Assembly (NCBI GenBank): GCA_031441465.1
Contig: JANOEP010000008.1
Span: forward strand, 11,457 to 75,456
Source: a bacterium
Lineage (GTDB): Bacteria > Krumholzibacteriota > Krumholzibacteriia > LZORAL124-64-63
Reading direction: 5' to 3'
Length of the DNA: 64,000 nucleotides
Shown here: one piece after another, positions 27,817 to 39,852 of the stretch
Position numbering within the stretch: position 1 is the stretch's first letter
How the letters are laid out: each line of letters opens with the position of its first letter
Notes under the pieces: generated by a model
Databases searched by the model: none
What the model saw: the letters and a program-made list of their open reading frames with translations, nothing else
What the model was told of the DNA's origin: nothing
Made by a program: the position numbers and the translations under genes

Positions 27817-29841
27817 ATGACCGGCCCGTACGCCAATCGCGTCTCGATCGTCATTCCCGTGTTCGACAAGCGCGCGCTGACCGAGGCCTGCCTCGACGCG
27901 TTGCATCGTCATACCCCCACCGGCGTCGAGATCGTCGTGGTGGACAACGGTTCGACCGATGGTTCGGCGGCTTGGTTGAGGAACCTGCACGAGCGTGGCG
28001 AAATCCGCGCCGTGTTGAATCCGGAGAACCTCGGCTTCGCCCGGGCCAGCAACCAGGGAGCGGCGGCCGCGCGCGGCGAGCTGCTGCTGTTCCTGAACAA
28101 CGACACCGAGGTCACCGCGGGCTGGCTGGATCCCCTGGTCTGGACACTCGACCACGACCCGTACGTGGGTGCGGTCGGCTCGAAGCTGCTGTTCCCCGAC
28201 GGCACCGTCCAGCACGCGGGCGTCGCGCTGGTCCAGGGCGACTCGCCCTCCGGCCCGCTCCTGGGCGGGCAGCACCTCGCCTACGGCAAGCCCGCCGACT
28301 CCCCCGCCGCCGACAAGGCCATGATCGTGCGCTGCCTGACCGCGGCCTGCCTGCTGGTGCGCCGCGAGGCCTTCGAGGCCGCCGGCGGCTTCGACGAGGC
28401 CTACTGGAACGGCAACGAGGACGTCGACCTCTGCCTGAAGCTGGAGCAGGCCGGTTGGCGGCTGGTCTACCGGCCCGAGAGCGTGGTCGTCCACCACGAG
28501 TCCCAGAGCGGCCCCGAGCGTTTTTCGAAGCTGGACCAGAACATCGCGCTGCTGAACACCCGCTGGCGCGGGCGGATCACACCCGACTACTACCGCGACC
28601 TCGACTGGAAGGCCGTGGCGGCACCCGACTTCCGGCTGCGCCAGTACGCGCCGCCGCGCCTGCGGTTCGAGCGCGACGTCCGCCGCTCCGCGGACGCGCA
28701 GACCGCCTCGGTGATCGTCCTGTGCCACAACGCGCTGGAATACACGCAGAGGTGCGCCGCCTCGCTGCTGGCCCACACCGATCCGCGGCACGAGATCATC
28801 TTCGTCGACAACGCCAGCACCGACGGCACCGCCGACTGGCTGCGCGAACTGACCGCGCACCAGGAGCGCTGCCACGGCATCTACAGCCAGGAGAACCTGG
28901 GCTACGCCGCCGGCAACAACCTGGGCCTGGCCCACGCCCGCGGCGACCACCTGGTGCTGCTCAACAGCGACGTCGTGGTGACGCCGGGCTGGCTCGAGCG
29001 GCTGATCGCCGCCGCGCAGCACCCCCAGGCCGGCGTCGTGGGGCCGGTCACCAACAGCATCACCGGGCCCCAGAAGCTGGCGCAGGTCGGCTACGACCAG
29101 GAGACGCTCCGGGACCTGGATTTCTTCGCCCGGATGCACGGCGACTCCTGCCGCGGCCAGGACGAGCCGGCGCTGTGGGTCGTGGGTTTCTGCATGCTGA
29201 TCAAGCGCGACCTGCTGGCGCGCATCGGCGGCCTGGACGAGCGCTTCGGCCGCGGCAACTTCGAGGACACCGACTTCTGCCTGCGTGCGTTCCTGGCCGG
29301 CTACCAGTGCCTGATCGCCCGCGATTGCTTCGTGCACCACTTCGGCAGCCGCAGCTTCGCCGCCGCGAAGGTCGACTACCGCACGTCCCTCGAGAAGAAC
29401 TGGGGCGTGTTCAAGCAGAAGTGGCGCATCCCGACGGCGGTGGGTTACGAGCAGAAGTTCGACCTCGAGAGCATCGTCGTGGCGGGTTTCCATCCCGTGC
29501 TGCACTTCGAGCCGCTGCCGCGCGCCCACGGCGTGGTGCAGATCGAGCCCACGCCGCAGGACCTCGCCCGTCGCCAGAGCGAGGGCGAATCGATGTTCCG
29601 CGACGGCCGCGCCGACGACGCCGAGGCCGTCTTCCGGCACGTGCTGGAATGGCGCGCCGACGAGCCGGCGGCCGCCAACGGCCTGGCCTGCGCGCTGTGG
29701 GAGCAGGGGCGGCCGGACGAGGCGGCGGTCGTGCTCGAGGAGACGCTGCGCCGCGACCCGGAGAACGAGGACGCGCGGTGGAACCTGCAGGAAATCCGCA
29801 AGGCACTCGCGGCGGTGGAGGTCGAGCCGGTTCCCAGTTGA
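27817..29841 (+). CDS. Tandem GT2 glycosyltransferase with C-terminal TPR
   Basis: Two GT2 domains (VVDNGSTDG/FLNND; VDNASTDG/LLNSD; EDVD/EDTD); TPR tail; GGAGG RBS. Confidence 0.9.
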   Translation: MTGPYANRVSIVIPVFDKRALTEACLDALHRHTPTGVEIVVVDNGSTDGSAAWLRNLHERGEIRAVLNPENLGFARASNQGAAAARGELLLFLNNDTEVTAGWLDPLVWTLDHDPYVGAVGSKLLFPDGTVQHAGVALVQGDSPSGPLLGGQHLAYGKPADSPAADKAMIVRCLTAACLLVRREAFEAAGGFDEAYWNGNEDVDLCLKLEQAGWRLVYRPESVVVHHESQSGPERFSKLDQNIALLNTRWRGRITPDYYRDLDWKAVAAPDFRLRQYAPPRLRFERDVRRSADAQTASVIVLCHNALEYTQRCAASLLAHTDPRHEIIFVDNASTDGTADWLRELTAHQERCHGIYSQENLGYAAGNNLGLAHARGDHLVLLNSDVVVTPGWLERLIAAAQHPQAGVVGPVTNSITGPQKLAQVGYDQETLRDLDFFARMHGDSCRGQDEPALWVVGFCMLIKRDLLARIGGLDERFGRGNFEDTDFCLRAFLAGYQCLIARDCFVHHFGSRSFAAAKVDYRTSLEKNWGVFKQKWRIPTAVGYEQKFDLESIVVAGFHPVLHFEPLPRAHGVVQIEPTPQDLARRQSEGESMFRDGRADDAEAVFRHVLEWRADEPAAANGLACALWEQGRPDEAAVVLEETLRRDPENEDARWNLQEIRKALAAVEVEPVPS

Positions 29842-29854
29842 GGCCCGCATTTTG

Positions 29855-29896
29855 ACACGACGAGGCCCCGGGCGCGTGTCCGGGGCCTCGTCGTGT
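29855..29896. terminator. Bidirectional terminator between the GT2 gene and asnS
   Basis: 17-bp perfect inverted repeat ACACGACGAGGCCCCGG / CCGGGGCCTCGTCGTGT between convergent genes. Confidence 0.75.
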
Positions 29897-29937
29897 GATC
29901 GGTGGAACGTGAAGACCGCGCCCTAGAAGTCTGCGCC

Positions 29938-31338
<1,401 letters not shown>

Positions 31339-31424
31339 GTCGATTCCTCGCGCTGGCAGTGGGAACTCGCGGCGAATGCAGGACATGATGGACGATGGCG
31401 CCCCGCCGCGCAAGCCCTCCGGGG

Positions 31425-33572
31425 TCAGGCGAAGCCCAGCGCCCGGCCGCCCTGGTAGACGAGCAGGGAGGCCAGGTAGGCGGCGACGGTCAGGTAGCTC
31501 AGCATGAACAGCGTCCAGCCCCAGCTGGCGGTCTCGCGGCGGGTGACCGCCAGCGTGCTCATGCACTGCATGGCGATCATGAAGAAGACGATGAGGCTCA
31601 CCCCGGTCAGCGGCGTCCACACGGGCCGGCCGTCGGGTCGGCGGTCGCGGAGCATGGCCTCGCGCAGGGTCTCATCGGCGGCGTCGCCGTCGCCGCCGAC
31701 GCCGTAGACCACGCCCATCGTGCCCACGAAGACCTCGCGCGCGGCGAAGGCGCCGATCAGACCGATGCCGATCTTCCAGTCGAAGCCCAGGGGCTCGATC
31801 ACGGGCTCGATCGCGCCGCCGATGCGGCCGGCGTAGCTGTGGCGCAGCTGCTCGGACTGGACCGCGGCGGCGGCGGTCCCGTCGGGCAGGTCCGCGCCGG
31901 CGCGCGGGAACGACAGCAGCACCCAGAGCACGACCGTCATCACCAGGATCACCGTGCCGGCGGTGGTCAGGAACGCCCGCGAGCGCTCCCACATGACCAT
32001 CAGGACGGTCTTGGGGTCGGGCATGCGGTAGGCCGGCAGCTCCAGCAGCAGCGGGCGCGGGCGCCCCTTGAAGACGGTGCGGCCCAGCAGGCCCACGGCC
32101 AGCAGCGCCAGCAACGAACTCAGCACGTAGATCCCCAGCAGCACCAGGGTGCCGGTGCTCAGGAAGCCGATCTTCTGCGCGGCGGGGAAGGTCAGCGCGA
32201 TGACCAGGGTGTAGACCGGCAGGCGCGCCGAGCAGCTGATCAGCGGCACGGCCATGATCGTCAGGAAGCGGTCGCGGCGGTTGTCGATGGTGCGCGTGGC
32301 CATGATCGCGGGGATGGCGCAGGCGTAGCCGCTGAGCATCGGAACGAAGGCCTGGCCGTGCAGGCCGAGCCTGCGCATGAGCCGGTCGATCAGGAAGGCC
32401 GCGCGCGCCAGGTAGCCGGTGCCCTCGAGGATCGAGATGAACAGGAACAGGAACAGGATCTGCGGCAGGAACACCAGCACGCCCCCCACGCCGGCGATCA
32501 CGCCGTCCAGCAGCAGGTCCCGCAGGAACCCGGCCGGCAGCACGCCGCGCAGCGCGCCCGCGAGCCCGCCGACGCCGTTCTCGATCAGGCCCATGAACGG
32601 CTCGGACCAGGAGAACAGCGTCTGGAAGATCAGGCCCATGATCGTCACGAAGACCGCCGTGCCCCACAGTGGGTGCGTGAGCACGGCGTCGATGCGCTCG
32701 GTCTGGTGGCTGCGGGGAGGGTTGCGGGTGATCAGGCGCGGGGCCAGCAGGTCGATCTTCGCGTAGCGGGCCGCCACCGCTTCACGCGCGAGGTCGCGGC
32801 CTTCGGCTTCCAGGCGGGCGCGCACCTCGAGGGCGATGCCGCGCAGGCGCGGCCGGACTTCGAGTTCGCTGTGCGGGGTCACGCTCATCATCAGCCACAG
32901 GGCGAACGCGCGGCGCGCGGCGGGCGTGGGCAGGCTGAACTGCACCTCTTCGCGGATCGCCGCGTCGAACTGGTCGAGGTCGCGGGACAGCTCGGCGCAG
33001 GGCTCCCACAGCCAGTCCGGCGCCGGTGGCGGCCGCTCGTCCGCCAGCAGGTCGTCGAGCGTCTCGCGGAGCAGATCGAGGCCCTGGCGGCGGCGCGCGA
33101 CCGTACCCACGACCGGAATCCCGAACTCCTTGCGCAGCGCGTCGAAGTGCAGGTCAATGCCCTCGCCGCGCGCGGCGTCGATCATGTTGACCACCGCGAT
33201 GACCGGCAGCCCGAACTCCATCACCTGCATCAGGAAGAACAGGCTGCGCTCGAGCGCGACGGCGTCCAGCACGACCAGGACCGCGTCGGGGCGCGGCAGC
33301 CCCTTGCGCCCCAGCAGCGAGTTGATCGCCACCTCCTCGTCGGGAGAACGCGCCGTCAGGCTGTAGGTGCCGGGCACGTCGACCAGCGTGACGCGCCCGG
33401 CGCGCGGCAGCTCGGCCTCGGCGGTGCGCGACTCGACGGTGATGCCGGGATAGTTGCCGATCTTGGCGTGGGCGCCGGTCAGCGCGTTGAAAAGGGTCGT
33501 CTTGCCGCTGTTGGGGTTGCCGGCGACGGCGACGATCCGCTGCCGGCGAGCGGGGTCCGGGACGGGGGCCAT
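31425..33572 (-). CDS. feoB: Ferrous iron transporter B
   Basis: [23 protein letters not shown]-motifs; [14 protein letters not shown]. Confidence 0.96.
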   Translation of the reverse strand: MAPVPDPARRQRIVAVAGNPNSGKTTLFNALTGAHAKIGNYPGITVESRTAEAELPRAGRVTLVDVPGTYSLTARSPDEEVAINSLLGRKGLPRPDAVLVVLDAVALERSLFFLMQVMEFGLPVIAVVNMIDAARGEGIDLHFDALRKEFGIPVVGTVARRRQGLDLLRETLDDLLADERPPPAPDWLWEPCAELSRDLDQFDAAIREEVQFSLPTPAARRAFALWLMMSVTPHSELEVRPRLRGIALEVRARLEAEGRDLAREAVAARYAKIDLLAPRLITRNPPRSHQTERIDAVLTHPLWGTAVFVTIMGLIFQTLFSWSEPFMGLIENGVGGLAGALRGVLPAGFLRDLLLDGVIAGVGGVLVFLPQILFLFLFISILEGTGYLARAAFLIDRLMRRLGLHGQAFVPMLSGYACAIPAIMATRTIDNRRDRFLTIMAVPLISCSARLPVYTLVIALTFPAAQKIGFLSTGTLVLLGIYVLSSLLALLAVGLLGRTVFKGRPRPLLLELPAYRMPDPKTVLMVMWERSRAFLTTAGTVILVMTVVLWVLLSFPRAGADLPDGTAAAAVQSEQLRHSYAGRIGGAIEPVIEPLGFDWKIGIGLIGAFAAREVFVGTMGVVYGVGGDGDAADETLREAMLRDRRPDGRPVWTPLTGVSLIVFFMIAMQCMSTLAVTRRETASWGWTLFMLSYLTVAAYLASLLVYQGGRALGFA

Positions 33573-33597
33573 CGCGTCCTCCGGCGAGCGTTCGGGG

Positions 33598-33876
33598 TCA
33601 GAGGGAGCGGCAGCGGATCAGCGCCGCTTCCTGCTTGCGGATCGAGAGCCGATAACCGCGGACCTTGATCTCGATGGGGTCGCCCATGGGTGCGTGCCGG
33701 ACCACCGACAGCTGGGTGCCGGGTGTGAGACCCATCTCCATGAGGCGCATCCGCAGCCCGTTGCAGGGGTCGATGTCGAGGAGTTCGGCGGCCGATCCGG
33801 CAGGCACCAGGTCGAGTGTCACGCGCGTTCCGATCGTTGGTGCACCGGGTCTTGCGGCTATGTCTTGGTTGGACAA
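33598..33876 (-). CDS. feoA: Ferrous iron transport protein A (start uncertain)
   Basis: RLMEMGLTPG, APMGDPIEIKVRGYRLSIRKQEA. Confidence 0.92.
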   Translation of the reverse strand: MSNQDIAARPGAPTIGTRVTLDLVPAGSAAELLDIDPCNGLRMRLMEMGLTPGTQLSVVRHAPMGDPIEIKVRGYRLSIRKQEAALIRCRSL

Positions 33877-33911
33877 GACTTATTGGTATAACAAAGATAT
33901 GTGCGTAACAA

Positions 33912-35864
33912 CTAGGCGCAAGGATTTTTTACTGCCGGCGGCGAGGTGAGCGAAGCTTGTAATCCCGCTCGTTGCAAGCCTTCGAGGAGCCCTGGCCGCC
34001 AGTCGGCGCCGTTCCCGCATCCGCCGGTCCGACGGTAGCATTCAGCCCGTACGGCCAACACGGGGAAGTCGCCGGGACCGCTCGCGGCCAGTTCCGGCTG
34101 CGAGACCAGGGGCATCACCGCGGCGGCTAGCCAGCCGGTGGGCAGTTCGGCGTCCAGATCGGCGATCACGAGGCAGGCGCCACGCGCCGAGCCGGCGGCG
34201 CGGTCGATGGCGGCGGACCGGTCGATGGCGGCTGCGTGACCGTCGGCGGCGACGGCTGCGGTCAACCGCAGACCGGGCTGAGTCGGGATCGCACGTTCTA
34301 GGTACCGGCGCGCCGACGCGCTCAGGCCGACGTCGACCACCACGTACTCGAGTTCCGTGGGCAACTTCTCGGCGGCGAGGGCGATGAGGCCGCGCAGGAC
34401 GGCCGCAAGGTCGCCCAAGGCCGGCAACAAGACCGAGACTTCGGGCGCCGGCGGCGGTGTCGGTGCAAGCGGCCTCGCCGCGATGCGCCCGCCCGACGGC
34501 ATCGCACCCGACCACAGCCCGAGTCGCTGGGCGTCCTGGCCGAGCAGATCCCAGGCGAGCCGGGCGTGGGCGAGATGACGCGCGCTGCGGCAGGTCTGCG
34601 TCGAGCGCTGGCGGAAGGAACTCAGCGGCTCGCGCAGGAGCACGAGGTCCCCCTTGCTCAGCAGATGGCACCAGAGAGACATGTCGCCGTTGGTCAGGGC
34701 CCGCCGGCCGCCGAAGGACATCAGGGCCGGCAAGGCGTCGGCGGCGTCCTCGCGCCGGAAGAGGCAGGTCGTGGGTTCGCCGATCAGGTTGCGGCGGTTG
34801 CCCATCATCAGGGCGGCGAGGCTCGTGCCGGGGATCAGCACGTCGACCGCAGCCAGCGGCGCGTTGAAGTCGTCGGGCAGGGCGCCGCCTTCCTCGTCGA
34901 TCAGGCGGCGGTAGGAAGCCGCCAGGGTCGCCTCGCGGCGATCGGCGAGCGCCGCGGTCAGGCGCGCCACGCAGTCCGGCTCCAGCAGGTCGTCGTCGGC
35001 CAGGCACTTGACGTACTCGCCGCGCGCCCGCTCGTAGAGGGCCTGCCAGTTGTCGATCTCTCCCAGCGGCGACGGGTTGCGCACGTAGTCCACGCGCGGA
35101 TCCTCGACGGCGTGGCGCCGGCAGATCTCCGCGATCTCGCCGCCGGGACTGTCGTCCCCGACCAGGATCTCCAGGTGCGCATGGGTCTGGCGCCGCGCGG
35201 ACAGCAGCGCCGCTTCGAACCAGCGTGGCTCGTAGGCGGCGATCAGCACGCTGATCAGGGCCGGCCCGTCCGCGGGGCGGGGCGGCGGAGCGGGTCGCCG
35301 GAACTCCATGACCAGGTGGCGGCCGAGTCGGGACTCGACGCCCTGGAAGAACGGCCAGACGCTCTCCCCCGTCGCGCACGCCTTGGGCTCCGCCAGCCCG
35401 GCCAGACGGGCCAGGCGCTTCAGCTCGGTCGCGTCGACCACGTGCTGGTGGCCCCAGTCCCGCAGGCAGACGTTCAGCATCTCGCAGGGGTTGGCCAGCC
35501 AGTCGTAGCCGTAGTCCTTCAGGCCGCAGCGCTCGTGCCAGTCGGGGTCGGCGTAGCAGCGGACGATCTCGGCGAGATCCGGTGTGGCGACGCGCACCAC
35601 GCCGCCCGGCCGCAGCGCGCGGCGGCATTCGCGCAGGAAGGCCAGCAGCTCGCCCTGCGTCAGGTGCTCGACGAAGTGCTCGCTGTGGATCCCGTCGACG
35701 GTGCCGTCGGCGAAGGGCAGGCCGCGCCGGACGTCGAGCTTCAGGTCGGCGTCGCGGTCCAGGTCGAGGTTGACGAAGCCGGGCAGCGGTTGGTCGCCGC
35801 AGCCCACGTTCACAAGCACGTCGGCGGCTTCAGGCCCGGCGATCCGGAGCGGGCTTTCGGTCAC
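33912..35864 (-). CDS. SAM methyltransferase-like + GT2 glycosyltransferase fusion with a degenerate third GT2-like domain
   Basis: NVGCG, HSEHFVEH (MTase); ISVLIAAY, VGDDS, ADDD, IGEPT (GT2); GTG start overlaps the aminotransferase stop. Confidence 0.85.
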   Translation of the reverse strand: MTESPLRIAGPEAADVLVNVGCGDQPLPGFVNLDLDRDADLKLDVRRGLPFADGTVDGIHSEHFVEHLTQGELLAFLRECRRALRPGGVVRVATPDLAEIVRCYADPDWHERCGLKDYGYDWLANPCEMLNVCLRDWGHQHVVDATELKRLARLAGLAEPKACATGESVWPFFQGVESRLGRHLVMEFRRPAPPPRPADGPALISVLIAAYEPRWFEAALLSARRQTHAHLEILVGDDSPGGEIAEICRRHAVEDPRVDYVRNPSPLGEIDNWQALYERARGEYVKCLADDDLLEPDCVARLTAALADRREATLAASYRRLIDEEGGALPDDFNAPLAAVDVLIPGTSLAALMMGNRRNLIGEPTTCLFRREDAADALPALMSFGGRRALTNGDMSLWCHLLSKGDLVLLREPLSSFRQRSTQTCRSARHLAHARLAWDLLGQDAQRLGLWSGAMPSGGRIAARPLAPTPPPAPEVSVLLPALGDLAAVLRGLIALAAEKLPTELEYVVVDVGLSASARRYLERAIPTQPGLRLTAAVAADGHAAAIDRSAAIDRAAGSARGACLVIADLDAELPTGWLAAAVMPLVSQPELAASGPGDFPVLAVRAECYRRTGGCGNGADWRPGLLEGLQRAGLQASLTSPPAVKNPCA

Positions 35865-37117
35865 GGGGCGCTCCCTCGGCGGACGGCGTGGGGCCAGCGG
35901 TCGCGGATGTCGGCGGCGTTCGCGACCATCGTGCGCAGCAGACCGCCGATGCGCGCGACGTCGGCGGGCTCGACGCCGCCGCCGGTGGGCAGGGCCAGCA
36001 CCCGGTCGGTGACGCGCTCGGTGCGGGGCAGCAGCAGGCCGGCGTGCGGGAACAGGGAACGGTAGGGCTCCATGCGGTGGCAGCCGGGGTGGAAGTAACG
36101 GCGGGCGAGGACGTTCTCGGCCCGCAGCAGCGCGACCAGCTGGTCGCGCGACAGGCCGGCTTCGTCGCGGTCCACCTCGACCACGACGTACTGGTAGTTG
36201 TTCCGTTCGCGCTCGTCGTAGCGCATGAGCGCGAGTCCGGGCACGCCGCGCAGCTCGCGGCGGTAGGCGTCGTAGTGGCCGCGGTTGACCGCGACGATCC
36301 CGGTTTCCGCCTCCAGCGAGGTGAGCCCCATGGCCGCCGAGACCTCGGTCATCTTGCCGTTGACCCCGACGTGGATCACGCGGTCCTCGCCGGCGAAGCC
36401 GAAGTTCTGCATCAGGCGGACGCGCTCGGCCAGGTCGTCGTCGTCGGTGGCGACGGCGCCCCCCTCGAAGGCGTTGAGGAACTTCGTGGCGTGGAAACTG
36501 AAGATCTCGCAGCGGCCGAAGCCGCCGACCGCGCGCCCGTCGCGCGTGCAGCCGAAGGCGTGCGCGGCGTCGAACAGCAGCTGCAGGCCGCGGCGTTCGG
36601 CCACGCGCTGCAGCTCGGCGACCCGGGCCGTGCGCCCGAACAGGTGCACGCCGATGATGCCGGTGGTGCGCGGCGTGATCAGCTCTTCGACCCGCTCGGG
36701 GTCGAGCGTGTAGCCGCCGGGCTCGATGTCGCAGAACACCGGCGTGATGCGCTGCCACTGCAGCGCGTGGGCGGTGGCGACGAAGGTGAACGAGGGCACG
36801 ATGACCTCGCCCTGCAGGTCCAGCGCCCGCACGGCGATCTCCAGCGCGGTCGTCGCGTTGCACGTCACCACGACGTGCTTCACGCCGACGCGCTCGGCCA
36901 GGCGCCGTTCGAACTCCTCGACCAGCGGGCCGCGGTTGGTCAGCCAGCGGCGGTCGAGCAGTCCCTCGATGCGCTGCAGCAGGGCCGTGCGATCGCCCAG
37001 GTTCGGGGCGCCGACGTGTCGGGGAACCGCAAAGGCCGGTTCCCCGCCGAAGTACGCCAGGCGGGGGGTGCCCGACGCTTCCTGAACGCTCGTCTGGGGG
37101 AGGTTTGCCGTCCTCAC
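35861..37117 (-). CDS. DegT/DnrJ/EryC1/StrS sugar aminotransferase (VioA-like)
   Basis: WLTNRGP, PSFTFVAT, FDAAHAFG, FSFHATK, NGKMTE. Confidence 0.93.
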   Translation of the reverse strand: MRTANLPQTSVQEASGTPRLAYFGGEPAFAVPRHVGAPNLGDRTALLQRIEGLLDRRWLTNRGPLVEEFERRLAERVGVKHVVVTCNATTALEIAVRALDLQGEVIVPSFTFVATAHALQWQRITPVFCDIEPGGYTLDPERVEELITPRTTGIIGVHLFGRTARVAELQRVAERRGLQLLFDAAHAFGCTRDGRAVGGFGRCEIFSFHATKFLNAFEGGAVATDDDDLAERVRLMQNFGFAGEDRVIHVGVNGKMTEVSAAMGLTSLEAETGIVAVNRGHYDAYRRELRGVPGLALMRYDERERNNYQYVVVEVDRDEAGLSRDQLVALLRAENVLARRYFHPGCHRMEPYRSLFPHAGLLLPRTERVTDRVLALPTGGGVEPADVARIGGLLRTMVANAADIRDRWPHAVRRGSAP

Positions 37118-37161
37118 TCCGTCCTCCTGTAGGAGGTGTCCTCATGCTTCGCTGGCGTGGT

Positions 37162-37177
37162 TGCAAGCGGCGGGCCG
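37162..37177 (-). promoter_or_regulatory. sigma54-like promoter for the aminotransferase-GT operon
   Basis: CGGCCCGCCGCTTGCA (GG-N10-GC, ending TTGCA) 45 nt upstream of the start. Confidence 0.45.
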
Positions 37178-37313
37178 GGCCGCAACCGGTGGCGAGAGCC
37201 CGGGAACGGGCTTTCAGGGGTCCTGGCGGCCAGAATCCGACCAGCGACCTGCCCGGCCTGGCCGGAACGCGGCACCGGGTGGGCCCGGCGGGGCCCGTCC
37301 GGCCCGGGAACGC

Positions 37314-37329
37314 TGGCATGGGCCTTGCC
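37314..37329 (+). promoter_or_regulatory. sigma54 (-24/-12) promoter
   Basis: TGGCATGGGCCTTGCC, close to TGGCAC-N5-TTGC. Confidence 0.7.
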
Positions 37330-37370
37330 TTTCCCGCAGGTCACCCTGACCCGAACCGGAGGGACCACCC

Positions 37371-38957
37371 CTGGCCACCCCGCGCCTGAGTCTGTGCATG
37401 ATCGTCCGCGACGAGGCAGGGATGCTCCCGGGCCTGCTCGAGAGCGTCGCCGGCCTGTGGGACGAACTGGTCGCCGTGGACAGCGGTTCGCGCGACGCGA
37501 CCGTGCCGCTGCTGGAAGCGGCCGGCGCGCGCGTCGTGCCGTTCGTCTGGCGGGACGACTTCGCCGCGGCGCGCAACGCCGCACTCACGGCCGCGACCGG
37601 GGACTGGGTCCTGATGCTCGACGCCGACGAACGCGTCAGCCCCGAATTGGCGGCGTCCATCCGCGGCCTGCTGGCTGACCCGTACGCGGGTGCGGCGACC
37701 GTCCTGCTGCGCGACGAGCTGCCCCACGGCCACGTCCACGAGTGCCGCCTGCTGCGCCTGTTCCGCCGCGATGCCGCGATCCGCTACGAGCACGCGATCC
37801 ACGAGGACGCCGCGTGCACCGTCGCCGCGGTGCTGCTGCGGGACAAGCGGGAGACGCGCGACCTCGACGGCGTCCTGCGGCACCTGGGCTACGCGCGCGA
37901 TGTCGCCGCCGCGCGCGACAAGAAGGACCGCGACGTCACCCTGCTGCGGCGCTGCCTCGCCGCCGATCCGGGCGACTGGTACAGCCGCTACAAGTTGCTC
38001 GAGCAGGCCCGCTTCTGGAACGACGCCCCGCTCTGGCGGCGCGAGGCGCTGACGGCCGCGTCGCTGCTGGACCGGGCCGGGCCCCGCGCGCTGGACGGTT
38101 TCCGCTTCGCCGGCGACCTCATTGTGCACATCGGACGGGGACTGGCGGACGGGGCCATCCGGGAACTGGCTTGGTTGGATCGCTGGGCGCCGACCGCCGC
38201 GAGCGCGGCGGAATACTGGCTGCGCCGGGGCGAAGTGCTCGAAGCGCTGGGCCGCGCCGACGCCGCCGCGGACGCCTACCGGGCCTGCCAGGAGCGCGGC
38301 GACGTCGCCTCGTCCCAGACCGCAGGCGTCCGACCGCTGATGGGCTTGAGTCGGCTGGCCGCCGCCCGCGGCGAGCTGCGCGAAGCACTGGCGCTGGCCG
38401 AGTCGGCGCTCGAGCACGCGCCCCGCGATCCCGAGGCCCTGCTGGCCGCCGTCGCCTTCGCCCACCTGGTGCGCGACGCTGACGGCCTGGCTTCGCGCTA
38501 CCACCGCCGCCACGGCAACCCGCCGCAGTGGCACGCCGCGGTGGGCGAGCACGCGCTGGTCCGCGGCGACTGGACGGCCGCCCGCGCCGCCCTGGCCCGC
38601 GCCGCCGGCACGCCGCCCCGCGGGGCCGCCGCCCTGAAGCTGGCCCAGGCCCGGCTGGCCTGCGGGGACGTCGGCGGAGCGCGCTCGCTGGCGGCTTCAC
38701 TGATGGCGGAACACCCCGCGGCCGCCCTGGGCGTGGTGGTGTGCGACCTGATCGCCGGGCGCGACCTCGACCTCGAGGTGGACCTGGAACCCGAGGTCGC
38801 CGACGTCGCGCTGCGGGCGTGGATCGACGTGCTGTGGCGGAGCAAGCGGCTGGACCTGATGGGGAGTTTCGCGGATCGGTGCGAGGCGATCTCCGCCTCG
38901 TTCCCGTGGCTTCCCGAACACTTGCGGATGGCGACGCTGGCCCTGAGTTCCGTGTGA
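37371..38957 (+). CDS. GT2 + TPR glycosyltransferase (probable CTG start; first ATG at 37398)
   Basis: PRLSLCMIVRDE, VDSGSRD, WRDDFAAARN, LDADE, IHE and HLGY motifs. Confidence 0.88.
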   Translation: MATPRLSLCMIVRDEAGMLPGLLESVAGLWDELVAVDSGSRDATVPLLEAAGARVVPFVWRDDFAAARNAALTAATGDWVLMLDADERVSPELAASIRGLLADPYAGAATVLLRDELPHGHVHECRLLRLFRRDAAIRYEHAIHEDAACTVAAVLLRDKRETRDLDGVLRHLGYARDVAAARDKKDRDVTLLRRCLAADPGDWYSRYKLLEQARFWNDAPLWRREALTAASLLDRAGPRALDGFRFAGDLIVHIGRGLADGAIRELAWLDRWAPTAASAAEYWLRRGEVLEALGRADAAADAYRACQERGDVASSQTAGVRPLMGLSRLAAARGELREALALAESALEHAPRDPEALLAAVAFAHLVRDADGLASRYHRRHGNPPQWHAAVGEHALVRGDWTAARAALARAAGTPPRGAAALKLAQARLACGDVGGARSLAASLMAEHPAAALGVVVCDLIAGRDLDLEVDLEPEVADVALRAWIDVLWRSKRLDLMGSFADRCEAISASFPWLPEHLRMATLALSSV

Positions 38958-39023
38958 GACCGGATCCGGCCTCATCGCGGCGACTTGTTGCGGCCATCAC
39001 GATGCGTCGGCCGACCTCCCTGC

Positions 39024-39061
39024 TTGACGGACATCCGTGATGTGATTACAATGTAGCCACA
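39024..39061 (+). promoter_or_regulatory. sigma70 promoter with overlapping palindromic TA operator
   Basis: TTGACG-N17-TACAAT; imperfect palindrome TGTGATTACA-A-TGTAGCCACA over the -10. Confidence 0.75.
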
Positions 39062-39077
39062 CACGGGAGGCCCGCCG

Positions 39078-39332
39078 ATGAAATCCAGGATCGTCAGAAT
39101 CGGCAACTCGCGGGGGATCCGTATCCCCAAGCTGCTGATCGAACAATCGGGGATCGCCGACGAGGTCGAGATCGAACTCAGCGGCAACGCCCTGGTGATC
39201 CGATCGGCGCGTCCGCCTCGATCCGGGTGGGAGGATTCGTTCCGTGCGATGGCGGCCGTCGGCGACGACACGCTGTTGGATCCCGGTTCGATCGGAGCCA
39301 CCCGCTGGGATGAAGAGGAATGGGAATGGTGA
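39078..39332 (+). CDS. AbrB/MazE family antitoxin 1
   Basis: IVRIGNSRGIRIPK; acidic WDEEEWEW tail. Confidence 0.92.
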   Translation: MKSRIVRIGNSRGIRIPKLLIEQSGIADEVEIELSGNALVIRSARPPRSGWEDSFRAMAAVGDDTLLDPGSIGATRWDEEEWEW

Positions 39333-39649
39333 TCAACCGGTTCGAGGTCCACCTGGTCGATCTCGACCCGACCGTGGGGAGCGAGATCAGGAAGACCCGG
39401 CCTTGTCTGGTCGTGTCCCCGGACGAGATGAATCACCATATCCGGACCGTGATCGTGGCGCCGATGACAACGAGAGGGCATGCCTACCCGACCAGGATCC
39501 CCTGTCGCTTCAAGGGCAAGACGGGGCAAGTCGTGCTGGACCAGCTCCGCACCGTCGACTCGAGCCGATTGGTCAAGAAGCTGGGGCGCCTCGGGGAAAA
39601 AACGGCAACCGAGGTTCTCCAGGCGCTTGGTGAGATGTTCGCGCCGTGA
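39320..39649 (+). CDS. PemK/MazF family toxin 1
   Basis: DLDPTVGSEIRKTRPCLVVSPDEMN, VAPMTT, LDQLRTVD. Confidence 0.93.
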   Translation: MGMVINRFEVHLVDLDPTVGSEIRKTRPCLVVSPDEMNHHIRTVIVAPMTTRGHAYPTRIPCRFKGKTGQVVLDQLRTVDSSRLVKKLGRLGEKTATEVLQALGEMFAP

Positions 39650-39779
39650 AGCGTCCTTCAGTCACGTGATCCTGTCGGAAATCCCTCCGGCCGACGTCGA
39701 CAGCCTCCCGCGATCCAACCCTCCCATCATCACGATGCGATCCACGAACACCGCCAGGGGATGATCCCCGGCCAAGACC

Positions 39780-39820
39780 TTGCAGCGGCTGGAGACCCAT
39801 GGTATCATCATTGTATATAC
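39780..39820 (+). promoter_or_regulatory. sigma70 promoter and operator of the second mazEF
   Basis: TTGCAG-N17-TATCAT with TG extension; GTATCATCATTGTATATAC imperfect palindrome. Confidence 0.6.
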
Positions 39821-39852
39821 GCATCCTGAGCCCATTTGCGAGGGGCGAGAAC

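Noticed and set aside
33860..33930. Fur or DtxR box upstream of feoA
   Set aside because: AT-rich, but only weak partial similarity to either consensus
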